Assembly (NCBI RefSeq): GCF_006345805.1
Contig: NC_043011.1
Coordinates: forward strand, 18,178,464 to 18,211,463
DNA: 33,000 nucleotides
Direction: 5' to 3'
DNA from: Octopus sinensis
Lineage: Eukaryota
A model generated the notes under the pieces. The model was not told the origin of the DNA. It saw only the letters and a list, made by a program, of their open reading frames with translations, and searched no databases. Every line of letters starts with the position of its first letter. Position 1 is the first letter of the stretch. Both the position numbers and the translations under genes were made by a program. Below are positions 11,358 through 27,719 of the stretch, piece after piece.

Positions 11358-11653
11358 TGGCCTAGTGGTTAGAGCTGCGGATTCACGGTCGAGGGATCGT
11401 GGGTTCAAATCTCAGATCGGCCGATGTGTGAGTTTATGAGCGAAATACCTAAGCTCCACGCAGCTCCGGCAGAAGGTAATAGCGAACTTCTGCTGACTCT
11501 TTCGCCACAACTTTCTCTCACTCTTTCTTCCTGCATCTTGCAGCTCACCTGCGACGGGCCGGCGTCCCGTCCAGGTGGGGAACCTATACGCCAAGAAACC
11601 GGAAAACCGGCCCTTATGAGCCAGACATGGCTCGAGAAGGAACAAACAACAAC
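11358..11653 (+). mobile_element. SINE family C, copy 2
   Basis: TGGCCTAGTGG A box, GGTTCAAATC B box and (CAA)n tail. High identity to the other two copies. Confidence 0.93.
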
Positions 11654-12250
11654 ATTAATGGTGATCTAGCAGATCCATCATCGAAGCTAAACATTTCTCG
11701 TCTGTGGTAGATACAACTGGACGTTTTAACATTATAGGTTTATATGAGAAACTTTTTCGTGACTAATACTGCAGTGTTATCTTGTTCGTCCTTACAGTCT
11801 GTCCACGTTATATGGGTTATACAGTTTGCTATGGGTTACTAATATAGCATCCGTAGCTAATAGCCAAAACTCTGAAACTCATACATATATTTATGAATAT
11901 ATTGATAATAAATCTTTAAATCCGCTGTAATTTTATGTGAAATATGTTTTTTAGAGAGGAAATCCCAACAGAAAGTTTTGCTTTCCAACGATGCCAAATT
12001 TTGTCCCATTTAAAGAGAAGTCGCTACTAGTGACCTTTCAAACCTTCTTTGAGACAGAAGACATCAATTTACCTGGAAAGAAACGATCCAGACTTTAATA
12101 CGAAGAATTAATAAGGAAGTAAAGCACGAAAGATTTCACAGATCTAGCATCACTCCATCAAAGTCATCCTGTGAAATTTTCAGCCCACCATCATATTTCT
12201 TGTATATTTCCAGTTATGTGAGTACAATCAGCGAATAACATACTCGTTCA

Positions 12251-12368
12251 CACACACGCACATACACACACAGCCATATATATATATATATATATACACA
12301 CACAGCAAGAGAGAAAGAGAGAGTGAGAGAGAAAATCAAGCAAATTCAGAGAGAGAGAGAGAGAGAGA
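12251..12368. repeat. Compound (CA)n-(TA)n-(GA)n microsatellite
   Basis: Directly visible. Confidence 0.9.
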
Positions 12369-13141
12369 GCAAAGGCACAAGCCTGTTTCTGCATATGTAT
12401 TTGCACAGTTATATTTGCACTCGGTACATATGTTAGGTGTACGTGGCTGAGTTCGCTATTACATACCCACGTGTGAATGAATAATATATATTCTCATAAT
12501 ATATTTGTTGTTTGTCGTTATATTTCCTGTGAAGTGGCATACAGTCAATCAATGATTCTCTCATTACAAAAATTACACAGAACACACGCACTCACACATA
12601 TTCACACACACACACACACGTCCGAACACACATACACGCGTACACAAATTCAAACATCACTACATAGCTATAATCTATATATCCGTGCGTGCCTGTATGA
12701 ATGTGTGTGAGCGTGTGTATGCGTGTGAGCATGTGTGTGTGTTTCTGTGTGTATATGTGTGCGTATGTCTAAGTGTTGATCATATATTATGTTCTACAGC
12801 GGGTTGTATCTTAAGTATATTCTTTGCAACAGGTCAAATTACTCCTATGTTTATATGAAATTTTCAGTATAAACATAACCAGCTAGAATATTGTTTTCTT
12901 TTTATAGCTTTTAAGCAAGGTTGACTTTTCCTGTTGATATCTTATTACATATTTAATATATAAAATATCATGCATATTTTCATGGAGGTGTGTGATAATA
13001 TAAAGTAAAGAAATTTTATAGAGAAAAGGGGAAGTTGTTAAACCCTTTGGAAGGGAAATTGGAAAAATTAGACCAATAGGAAATAAATAAATATAATAAT
13101 GTAGAAAATTAATATATACATACATACACATATATATATAT

Positions 13142-13172
<31 letters not shown>

Positions 13173-14894
13173 ATATACACCACAGATAATTCACGTTATA
13201 ACAAGAACAAACATGATTTCGAGGAAATATCGTAAGGTGAAACGTAATTTTGTTGACGCAGTGTCCGTCATGTCGTCAGTGAATTTAATTTCCACCCAGT
13301 AGTTGAAATTGCGAGTGGATGGAATCTACCTAGGAGCCTACGTGTTATTTTCCTATTATGCAGCATATCCGATTCACAAGTTTATATTGAGATGGTACAA
13401 AACCTCCAAGCTATTAAGGTTAGAGAATTACGACGTAATAAAATTTCTGGAAACATTATGAAAACAACATGGCGCAGTGAATATGATAGTGATGCAGAAG
13501 TAAAGATTCATTGTTTAAATGACCTCCTCAAATGTATAGTAGGATTTATTAAAATTACATACATCCTCCATAAGAAAGAATAGGATGGATACTGTAGTTC
13601 TCATTGTATGAAATAAGATTGGATACTAAGTCGCCACGCTTCATGTCTGCGAAATAACGATGCGACAATAAAAATGTTAAGGAGATAATTGATAAGGCCA
13701 TTACTTGACGCTGAGGTGTAATATGTAGTAGTGAAGAGAGCAGACGATATTCTGTAATATAATTTTTTTCCGAAGAACTATCGATGCATTCATAAAATAA
13801 ATTTCACTGACAAAAATAAATTTAGGTAGTAATTTATTGTTTTTCCGTATACTGGATTAATGTGTTATATATTTTCTCGAATATTTACTGATATTTTTTT
13901 TACGAATTTCGAATATACAGGAGTTGACTGAGCGGGATTCGATTGGGAATCGAAGTCACCAATGAAATATTGTTCGTCAGTAGTTTATATAGAAAGATTA
14001 AATTAACAGAATTTTGAACCGATGATTAATAATCCAGTTTACTCCACGTATTTTTATGTTCAGGCAAATCTTTTGCAATATTTCGGTAACTTAATTGCCT
14101 CATTCGACTAGTATTCATACTAGAGGTCATCACTTCGCACCATCTGAATCCAGTGTTCAGGAATAACAGACTACTGTTGAATTTCCATTCTAGTACTTTC
14201 GAGGGATTTACCACCAGGAACTTTGGGTCAACAAAATATTTCATAAACAAAGATATCGATGAACGGCAATGAAATGTTTTGAGCATGAAAGTAAAATATT
14301 CTTCAAACCATGATATTAACAGCGCCTCAAATAAGGTTGTAAGGACGCGTTTTAACCATATAAACAAACTGGACGAAAATGTAAATCTCATTGGAAGATA
14401 ATCATACTGCAGCAAAATATGCCAGGAGATATTTAAATTAAGTATGGTGTATAAATGTTATTATAATTAAAAGTGTCTAGATGTAAAATTCCCCTTATTC
14501 GTTTCCATCATTTTCCGTCTAATACAATTCCATTTAGATTCTTATATATATATTACATATAAGAAAGAAAATTTCGAACGCAGTAAATGTAGATGTAAGA
14601 AGAGCATAGAATGTTTAGGTATTTACCCTTATTAGACGGAAAATAGTTGCCTGTAGGCGTCTCAGGGTATCGAACATGTACCTCTCAGACATCGAAAGAA
14701 TGTTCTAAATCGAAAGCTAAACGGCTCCTGCAAAAAATTGTCACCAATTTGTAACGCTAAATCGTAGCATTTGGGATGCCAGAACAGGGTTTAAACAAAC
14801 GTTTGAAAGCGTAAAAATGATGCATGTACATACATAATTTTCTTTTTGTATCTGATCGCAAAAACAAGCACTTATTCACAGGGTAAAGAGTAAA

Positions 14895-15188
14895 AGCACT
14901 CTTCGATTCTGAATGGAATCGCACCTAGAAAGTTCCCTCCGAGGCACAAGTTGGAGTAAGGTTGTTTATGGAAGACTCCCTTTTCCACGCCACTCATGCT
15001 ATCCTAGAGAATGGCAACGGCTGATACAGCTGGGCAACAGTGACGTCACTAATCCTTTCTAAGGCTGAGTAAACTAGCGCGACATGAAATAAATTGTCTT
15101 GCTCAATAACACAAAATACAGCCCTCTCCGGGAATCGAAATCACTACCCTAATATAGTAAACATGACTCTTTGGCCACTAAGGCCTTC

Positions 15189-15191
<3 letters not shown>
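14895..15191 (-). mobile_element. tRNA-derived SINE family D, older copy
   Basis: Colinear with 20277-20606 (CACTCTTCG..GCACCTAGAAAG..CCCTCCGAG.CACAAGT..AAGGTTGTTTATGGAAG..CATGAAATAA..GTCTTG.TCAA..CCGGGAATC). The tRNA-like head is at the right end. Confidence 0.85.
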
Positions 15192-15231
<40 letters not shown>

Positions 15232-15258
15232 AACATACATATATATATATATATATGT

Positions 15259-15354
<96 letters not shown>

Positions 15355-15490
15355 TATATATATATCTGTCTGTGTAAGTGTGTAGTATTCTATTATATAC
15401 GCGTATATAATAGAATACTATGATGTAATATTGCATCATGATATAATTATACATACATAACTATATATATACATGTATATATGTATATGC

Positions 15491-15535
<45 letters not shown>

Positions 15536-15550
15536 CCCCTCCCCCACATA
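15192..15550. repeat. (TA)n-(CA)n-(TA)n microsatellite cluster
   Basis: Directly visible. It explains ORFs 15094..15454. Confidence 0.95.
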
Positions 15551-16244
15551 TATAGAGAGATAGATAATTAATATGAGGTTTGTATGGGAATAGATTCCTC
15601 TTTCAAGGGAAGTCAACATCCAACGTCCTCCGGTTTTATCGTATATATCGATGAAATTTCTGGAATCTTGCTTTTCCATGGTAGAATTAATTTTGCTTAA
15701 TTATTAGGCACGAGTATTATACACTTTTTGGTAATCCGGTATTTCTTATAGATGCTTATTTTTCCTCGACGTACGCGTGTAAATTTATGGCAATATATCA
15801 TAAACAAAACGAAGAGTTTTGTCAGAACATAATTCATTTATAATTTGTCATTTATATAAGCCTACGATCGTTTCCATATCAATCATCATTAAAATTACAA
15901 TTAAAATTGCAATATGAAATAACGAACGTAGAGCTTGTATTTTTATATTTTCTATTATAGCTACTGTTATTGAATTTTTCAACTTTAACTGTATTTCTTA
16001 AATATGTATTTAGTCCTAGAATATAAGTTCTTGAATATAAGTTCTAGAATATTACTCTAAGATGTAAGTCTAATAATAATAATAATAATATAACTTAAAT
16101 CCGGGAGAAGTAAGACGCAACTACGATATAACAGAAAACAAAAGTAAGATCTAGCCCAATAACGTGGTAAATATAATACAATATCTCGGTTAAATAGAAT
16201 ATTTTAGTGAAATATAAAAAAATAAATAAAATATAAGATATAGA

Positions 16245-19030
<2,786 letters not shown>

Positions 19031-19860
19031 CCATCATAAGGTATATAGGTGGGGAATATGCTTTGATATTCAGTGGCAGCACTGAGGATAGGATTTGCTC
19101 TGGAATGTGCAAGTAGAGCGATCTTCTAGTTGATGGTGGATGGTGTGTGTTTCTAGAGTTTTCGATATGTGACGTTGAATCTCCAGGTTTAGGTTGGCCT
19201 TCATATTTTCCAGGTAATCTAATAAATATGAATTTCCTCCTTGCTTTATTTTATGTGGTATTGTGTTTTTTCTGTAATTCTTTCTTCTTTGGTTGGTATT
19301 GGTGCTAAGGGGCGAAATATAGTAATAGTGCATTCTTCATATATATACATGTCTACATAACATGCTACTAAGAAATCTATGTATAAACTGTGTGTATTAT
19401 ACATAATACATATGATTTGATTAAAATATAATATAACATACATATGGTTAGGGACATAGTGATTACATGTATTTTTGTCCATGAGTTTCTAAAAAATATC
19501 AGCATAGATTGGTGCAAAAAACTAAAAAAGAATGTAATATGTAAACAGAATTTTAATAATGTCTTTTACAACGGAAATATTTCGACAAAACGTGAATGCA
19601 GTGCAAATTATTACAGAAATCCAAACTTATACAGTTAAAACTTTAAATTTTCAAGAAATACGCTTTTTGCATAGCAAATATCGTGACGTTTAGGGAACAT
19701 TTCATGCAGCCATTTTAGCATTATAATTGCAATGGCTTTCATATTTTTCACTATGTATTAAGTAACAGTTTTTAAGTGTTCTGCTAATATTTTCATAAAC
19801 TGCAACGGAGTAACCAAAACAAAAGTAACTTAAAGTGAATGCTAGGAGCAAATTCCCAAT

Positions 19861-19861
<1 letters not shown>

Positions 19862-19917
<56 letters not shown>

Positions 19918-19950
19918 TACTACTACTACTACTACTACTAATAATAATAA
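19862..19950. repeat. (CTA)n trinucleotide microsatellite grading into (TAA)n
   Basis: Directly visible. Confidence 0.95.
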
Positions 19951-20160
19951 TAGTTCTACTACTATTACTACTACTTCTTGGTCAGGCTTAACATTTTGAT
20001 AGCTACAACTGTTTATTTGCTTTCTGTAGATATTCTAATCATTATTTTGCTGTGGCTGTTAATAATGTAAATTCGAATAGTAACTCGATAAACGTATTTG
20101 TGTGTGCGTGCGCGCTCGTGCCTGTGTATGTATGTAAGTATGTGTCTCTCACCCACTTTC

Positions 20161-20165
<5 letters not shown>

Positions 20166-20250
<85 letters not shown>

Positions 20251-20265
20251 ATGTATATATATATA
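20166..20265. repeat. (TA)n microsatellite
   Basis: Directly visible. Confidence 0.95.
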
Positions 20266-20276
20266 AATAAATAAGA

Positions 20277-20606
20277 GGAGACACTCTTCGGTCATGAATG
20301 ACCATGAGATTGCACCTAGAAAGTTACCCTCCGAGTCACAAGTCCGGACAAGGTTGTTTATGGAAGGCCAGACGTCGCCCATGCATACCAGCCTACCCTC
20401 TCCACACCACTGATGTTATCCAAGGGAAAGGCAAACGCCGATACAGCGTGGCACCAGTGATCTCGCAACTCATTTCTTCAGATGAGTGAACTGGAGTAAC
20501 ATGAAATAATGTGTCTTGTTCAAGAAAACAACACGGTCCGGGAATCCAACTCAAAACCACACGATCGTAAGCTCGACGCTGTAACCAGAGAGCCATGCGC
20601 CTTCAC
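20277..20606 (-). mobile_element. SINE family D, full-length copy
   Basis: Minus-strand head GTGAAGGCGCATGGCTCTCTGGTTACAGC..GAGTTGGATTCCCGG with A/B-box-like motifs. Colinear with 14895-15191. Confidence 0.88.
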
Positions 20607-20637
20607 ACACACATACACATATATATATGTGTGTGTG

Positions 20638-20680
<43 letters not shown>

Positions 20681-21192
20681 AATCCTATAGATTTATTATC
20701 TTGTCATGCTTTCACTGCAAAATCCCAAACAAATCCCAAACAACTATATGTATTTTGATCACAAATACTGATTCATTTTGTTTTTGCAACTTTAAATGTA
20801 GCAAATTTTTCCGGGTAATAAATATGTTCAATCTACTCAGGTATTTTCTTTGTATTTCACCTGTTTTACTTATGCATTTTTTTTTTGTATTTTTATTAAT
20901 ATTCCAAGGTACCAATTTTTTATGTTGATTGCCTATGTTTCTAAAACATAGTATGCCTATATTTATTACCAGGTATATATTTATGTCAATATATCGTTTT
21001 CTTTCTGTTTTTCTTTTTGCATTTCTTTCCCACAAGGAATCGTGTCACCTGGAAATTATATGGCGATGACGTTTCAGCGAGTTAGAATATTTGAATTACA
21101 CACAGTAATGTAATATTCTATGCGGAATTGGCATCAAATTTTATGACTAGGTTGTCTTTTCCAATCCTCAAACTAAATCACCATATGGGAAA

Positions 21193-21195
<3 letters not shown>

Positions 21196-21243
<48 letters not shown>

Positions 21244-21313
21244 TATATATATGTGTATACATACATATATGTATGTATATATATACATGTATGTATATAT
21301 ACATATTAATTAT

Positions 21314-21350
<37 letters not shown>

Positions 21351-21361
21351 GTACGTATATG

Positions 21362-21397
<36 letters not shown>

Positions 21398-21555
21398 ACA
21401 CAGTCACGCCTGTGCCTATATATATATATTTAGTGGTCATTCCTCTAAATCTTATATGTAACACAATTTTTAATCTTCGGATTTTTTAAAGTATGCTAAG
21501 CCACTGGATTTAATTGATTAATACCAATTTCTACCCTTATTTAATTATATATATA

Positions 21556-21632
<77 letters not shown>
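21196..21632. repeat. (TA)n-rich microsatellite cluster
   Basis: Directly visible. It explains ORFs 21128..21461. Confidence 0.95.
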
Positions 21633-21636
<4 letters not shown>

Positions 21637-22894
21637 GTATCTTCTGAAATACCATTCACCTAATTTGCATCTTCTCGTCCGCTAGTTGTTTGCATCGGCT
21701 GAGAGAGAGATACGCAAATTTTTCTCTCTGCTACATATAGTATAATTTCAACTGATCACGTTACTCAAGAGTCTCGTGCAATAAACAACTTATGCTAACT
21801 TTTCTTCTTTCACTACTCCCCCCCCCACCATTTCCGACTTCGACAGTGACGTGACATGACTACTCAGAGTCAATTTCTGGCAGTAAAGATTTCCAGAAAT
21901 ATGGAATCTTTCCTAACCCATAATCATATTATTATTACTCGCTATCGTACTACCGTGCGTTGTCTACTAAATCGCAGACATCAACTGAAGTTTATGGAAG
22001 GAAAGTCAAGGAATAATTCATAGACTCATCGATTTATATCTATTTATTTGTATGACTCCAAGGAACCAAAGTTCATCTTGAAGATATTATGTAAGCAGAT
22101 AAATTCGTTTTGATGCTCAACTGTAATTTCAGTCTGGTGCACTCCCTCTCTTATTCCCTCTCTTTCTTATCCATAAATACGATATGTATTTGTATTATTG
22201 CTCTGGTGATTGTTGTTTTGAATTCATCTCTTAGAAAATCTTTAGTTATCGAAAGACGAGATATGCTTCTCATATATAAATTGAGTTGTAAGTTGCGATC
22301 GTTTTAGCATCAAGTTCTATATTGTAAGACACATTTCTTAGTTATATAGAATGCAGTACATCAAACTTGATATGCCCAATGTTAAATTATGGTGGCGTCG
22401 CCCAGTTTCTCTAGCACCGTGTTAGCTCATGTGAACATTGTTTCTTACTTGAAGCATAAGTGTAAATATATAGGACATAACATGCTTAAACCTAAGAGAG
22501 GAATATTCTGCAAACATTGTTGGGGTTGCTAATTATTCTCATATCAGCTTCGCCCCTATAATGCAAAATCCATGATCCCCAAATGTTCCACATTTGATAT
22601 TCGGCCTTTTTACTCGCACAATACAAATTTAGGAGCACATTTCTCAATATTTTTTTTAAAATTCTCTTAAGAATTTAAGTCAAATTTATTTGAGATATAC
22701 AGCTAAATGGAACTGGGCGATCGAAAATGAAAACTTACTACCATGAAATCATAATTCAATCTTTAATTATGTTCTAAAAGCTGTGAAAACCTGGACTTGA
22801 CGCGCTAGATCATAGGTTTGTAATTATCGGAAGCGGTTAAGTGGATAAGCCAAATTATGCAAATTGTTGTACTTTTACATAAGTATAGTGCATT

Positions 22895-22926
<32 letters not shown>

Positions 22927-25272
22927 CACACGATCTCATATGCATACTCTCTTTTACACACGCACACAAACACGCTCACAGCCACTCATACATGCATGTG
23001 TGTATGTGTGTGCGTGCGCGTGTGTGGAAGAGAGAGTTCATAATTGTATACAAACGTTTGCTGGAAGGCGCAACGAATTATTGTAGCCCTCGAGATAGCT
23101 GTATGAGAGTTATCATCATATAAGTGCGGCGCTTTCAAGCGTACTATTCAAAGTGTATTATTATTCCCCAACCAGTTAAGACCTTCGGAGATGTAGCCAA
23201 TACAACGTCTAGAAATTATCTATGTCTAATGAGCTACATTATATGTAACACATGCCAGTGAAAACGAGTACTCTAGTGCATACGATGGTGAATCTGCAAA
23301 GACATGAGGAAGGTCAGTCGATCCGACGTTCCGAGGAACTCCAACATATATGCTATAGACTCTAACAAACGCCCGATCCACAAACCACTACTGGAGAACC
23401 TCAAGAAGGTGTTAACGATATTTATCTCAATGAAAATGTTTGGAAATTTCTAAAAAAAAAAGTTCAAGAAATCAGACGTGCTTCTTCTACTGACGAACCG
23501 GAAGCATACACCATGAAACTCAGGAAGTATGAAACTTTTATACCGAAATTATTTTATAGAAACAATAGAAAAGTCAGTTCCAACACCTTGAAATCTATTA
23601 ACAATAAAACCTCTTAATTTCTACCGAAATTAATGATAGTTTGCAGAACGAAAGTGATTGATTCCCCCAAAAGATTCGCTCGATTTTAAGGTATGCAAAC
23701 CCAATTTCCTAGTGAAGCCCTCCATTAGACTGATTATACCCCCTTAATTGAATATTGACCAAATAACCAAGAAAGTATTCGTTATAATAATTCTCAATGT
23801 TTTTTTAATTTTTATTATTGGGCACTCCATCATCGTTGTGTCTGTAAAGGGGTAACAGCATTCGTCCAAATTTTATGAACAATATACAGAAAGTTGTAGA
23901 GGAGGAATAGAGTTAAAAAGAAAAAAAACAACTTTAAAACACTATGATAAAAATATTCTTTGTATTAATTCAATTAATACTAAAAAAGGATCTAAATAAA
24001 AGGAAGAAAAAAAGAAAAAAACAAGGAATTTATCTGACGACTTAATTTTAAAAACAATGGCACCCTACAAACTGACAATGGAAATTCAATAATTACTAAA
24101 TATTTTTTTAAAACTCATTATAAATCACAATAATTCCAATTAAAAGTAATTAATATTACTCTACCAGAGGGATAATATTGTGGTTTGAAAACATATGTAG
24201 GGTATAGAATATTATTACATATCTATCTATCTATCTCTCCTCTATTACTTGAGAAAGCATCATATTTACTACAAATGTCATGGGTAAGTAATGATAAGCT
24301 AATTAATACATTTTAATTTAGAGAACGTTTATCTCTCTCCTTGGGCAATGGTGGCGTAGACGATTGAGCATAAACGATATTCACGTAAAAATGGTGTCTA
24401 GGGAATACTCTAATATCCTGGATTATGAGTGTGTCTATATAATTCACAAGCCGATAGAACGTTTTCCGAAACTTAGAGACGGATTATATATACATGGAAG
24501 ACGTTCTCCTGATCAGGTTTAGGCTTTCACAAGATGAAATGAAATGACAGTAAAAGCGCAACCCTAATCCATTTTCCCCCGAAATTATAGTCTTTCTATG
24601 TCAATGACATATGGACAACAAAGCAACTACTTTCTTAGCTGTTACATTAACACAAGGCTGGGAACTTTAGTATTCCTTCTACTGATTAAGTATTAAACGT
24701 TTTATTTTATAGCTTTATAATGATTGCTTTAGGAATATGAAAAGAGCTAAAACTCGGCCGGATGTGAGTAAATTTTTCTATCCTCCGAAAGTTTTCTTGT
24801 AATGGCGTGTAACGAAAATTATTCCAAGCCCGATTTCATTCAGATGAATACGCACATATAACACACATATTCATTAGTTTCCAGTCCATTATTCCTATTA
24901 ATCGGATTAAGTTCAAATATCAAAATCTAATACGAATTAAGTACCATGTATAACAGTTCATTTTTCGTAAGAATCACTCATTATCATAAAGAATTCTGCA
25001 TTCTACAATTTCTCTTCAGATTACCAGCTTCATACATCTACTCAGCCTGTGCAAATCTATGGAAAGGCACGGAGTTGCTATCAAATATGATTAGGATCAT
25101 ATCTTATCGACATAGAGAATTTGCATAGTATAGTACTGTGACACTTGAAATAATGAATATACAGGATAGTTTTGACCTGAATGTCTTTACATCTGCAATT
25201 TCTTGAGTATGATGAAAAATCTTTTGCATTCTGTTGTTTTCTTAAATGAAAAATAAACTTAATTTCCAACAG

Positions 25273-25353
25273 AAAATGAGAACGCAATTCTTGATCTACA
25301 GTTCCATGCGGAAATAATGAATCATATAAGAAATTTGCACTTGGTACTGATAG
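25273..25353 (+). other. Candidate 81-nt symmetrical (phase 1-1) internal exon of an unidentified host gene
   Basis: CTTAATTTCCAACAG|AAAATGAG...CTGATAG|GTAAGT. Length is divisible by 3 and one frame is open: (E)NENAILDLQFHAEIMNHIRNLHLVLI(G). No homology recognised. Confidence 0.35.
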
Positions 25354-25809
25354 GTAAGTATACACCTGAGTTTAACAATATTGTGACGAAAGTTTTCAAA
25401 ACCAAATAATTTGAAGTAACATTACATATTTCTCAATGTCGGTAGGAGAATATATTTTTTGACATCAACTAACAAACACAGGAAGAATGCAAGAAAAGTT
25501 ATTATAGGTCTGTCAGATAATTTCTTGGATAGCCTTGATGTCTTAGTGTGTCTAATGCTCAGATTAATATTTTCTATTGTAAATCCATTCGATTGTGACG
25601 TTTTCAACGGCAAGTAGAATGAAGCATCTCCGGCGGAAATTGGATGAATAGAATTATAAGAGAACAAAGATATATGTAGAATACACTTTGTCTATATAAG
25701 TTATGGAATTAGTTTCCGTATGAAATATCAATTTGCTGAAGAAAACTAGAGTGAATCTAAATTTTCAGCAAAGATAGAGTGTTCTGTATCACTATATTCA
25801 CTATATTCT

Positions 25810-26043
25810 GGTGAGCTGGCAGAATCGTTAGCACGCCGGACGAAATGCGTAGCCGTATTTCGTCTGTCGTTACGTTCTGAGTTCAAATTCCGCGGAGGTC
25901 GACTTTGCCTTTCATCCTTTCGGGGTCGATAAAAGAAGTATCAGTTACGCACTGGGGTTGATGTAATCAACTTAATCCGTTTGTCTGTCCTTGTTTGTCC
26001 TCTCTGTGTTTATCCCCTTGTGGGTAGTAAAGAAATAGAAATA
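25810..26043 (+). mobile_element. SINE family A, full-length copy (unit 1 of the second array)
   Basis: A-box-like TGGCAGAATCG (25817-25827), B-box-like GTTCAAATTCC (25881-25891), core GCCTTTCATCCTTTCGGGGTCGATAAA and tail AAAGAAATAGAAATA. Confidence 0.95.
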
Positions 26044-26214
26044 GGTATTTCGTCTGTCGTTATGTTCTGAGTTCAAATACCGCCGAGGTCGACTTTGCCT
26101 TTCATCTTTTCGGGGTCGATAAATAAAGTACCAGTTTGCAACTGGGGTCATTGTGATTCCTTTGTCCTTGTTTGTCCCCTCTAAGTTTAGCCCCTTGTGG
26201 GGAGTAAAGAAATA
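26044..26214 (+). mobile_element. SINE family A, 5'-truncated tandem unit starting at GGTATTT
   Basis: Repeats 25855-26037 immediately after the tail of the first unit. Confidence 0.92.
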
Positions 26215-26482
26215 TATATTGTATAAACATGTTCCATGAAATATAGAACCAGCAAAATATAATCTTTTCAACATATCTGCCAAACGGTCAAAGAATGCTA
26301 GCAAGAATAATGCGGCATAAAATGATTACCGCCGGTATATTGAAATAACAATGACCTGATAAAAGTAATAATTTTTATACCATAAAAATATATGGGATAG
26401 TTTGGACAATATTTCGTATTTTTTCTAATAGATATCTCACTTCGATTTCTCTCTAGATATATGCTGCAAGAAATATCATTAA

Positions 26483-26543
26483 GTGTGGGCGAATGCTAAA
26501 AAGCTCGCATCCCAACCGCACGGTTCCTGGTTCAGTCACACTT
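26483..26543 (+). mobile_element. tRNA-like 5' head of SINE family E (fragment)
   Basis: AAAAGCTCGCATCCCAACCGCACGGTTCCTGGTTCAGTCAC has a B-box-like GGTTCAGTCAC. It resembles a recalled octopus SINE head; no second copy in the window to confirm. Confidence 0.45.
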
Positions 26544-26726
26544 GGTGGTTCTAATAAATGCTGGTTGTGTTCGGCAGAAAGGGTACATATCCTATTTAGA
26601 TCCAAGTTACCAAACTCGATTTTAAACACACGATCTGAGATTTTTAGTAAATGCAAACATAGGAAAGAATATCTTTTAAAAAAATTGGAAGACACACCCA
26701 TTCTCGTCGAACATGTGAACAATTGA
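26544..26726 (+). pseudogene. Penelope-like element GIY-YIG endonuclease, C-terminal fragment
   Basis: GGSNKCWLCSAERVHILF..ILNTRSEIFSKCKHRKEYLL carries the CxLC..E / LNxRxE / CxH..LL signature of the Penelope-clade endonuclease C-terminus. Confidence 0.75.
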
Positions 26727-27194
26727 TTTTAGTTATATATATATATATAATTTTTTTTTGACCTGAGCATATCATCTCATATACATAACTTTATTTTTAT
26801 TTTATTATATTTCAAATATTTTATTTTCGCTATATATTTTAATATTATTATTATATGTATATATTTCTCATATTCTCTCTTTATTTACATTTCTCTATAT
26901 TCATAATATAGTTGATTATATTTGCACATGCCCACCCCCTTTTTAAAAAAAAACATATTCTCCTTATATTATATGTTTTGTATATTATTTGTACATACCA
27001 CCTTTTTTAAAGTACTATATCATTCCTTAGATTTCTTATAAATTTTTTTCGAAAAATTCCTTTGCATCCGATTTTACACCATTCGATCGTCGCATCGCCT
27101 GCTTTAAATTCTGCTTAGACAGTCTAATGGTATCTTTCCCATAATGTGTTCAAATATTGGGTATTTTACGTCCCTTTTTAAAATTCGGTCGCAT

Positions 27195-27719
<525 letters not shown>

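Noticed and set aside
12073-12215. Minus-strand peptide LEIYKKYDGGLKISQDDFDGVMLDL (EF-hand-like) and several splice-like sites
   Set aside because: Only 25 codons between stops, and the splice sites do not bracket it convincingly.
19505-19632. TAGATTGGTGCAAAAA resembling a mellifera-type mariner TIR
   Set aside because: The putative right end does not pair convincingly with the left.
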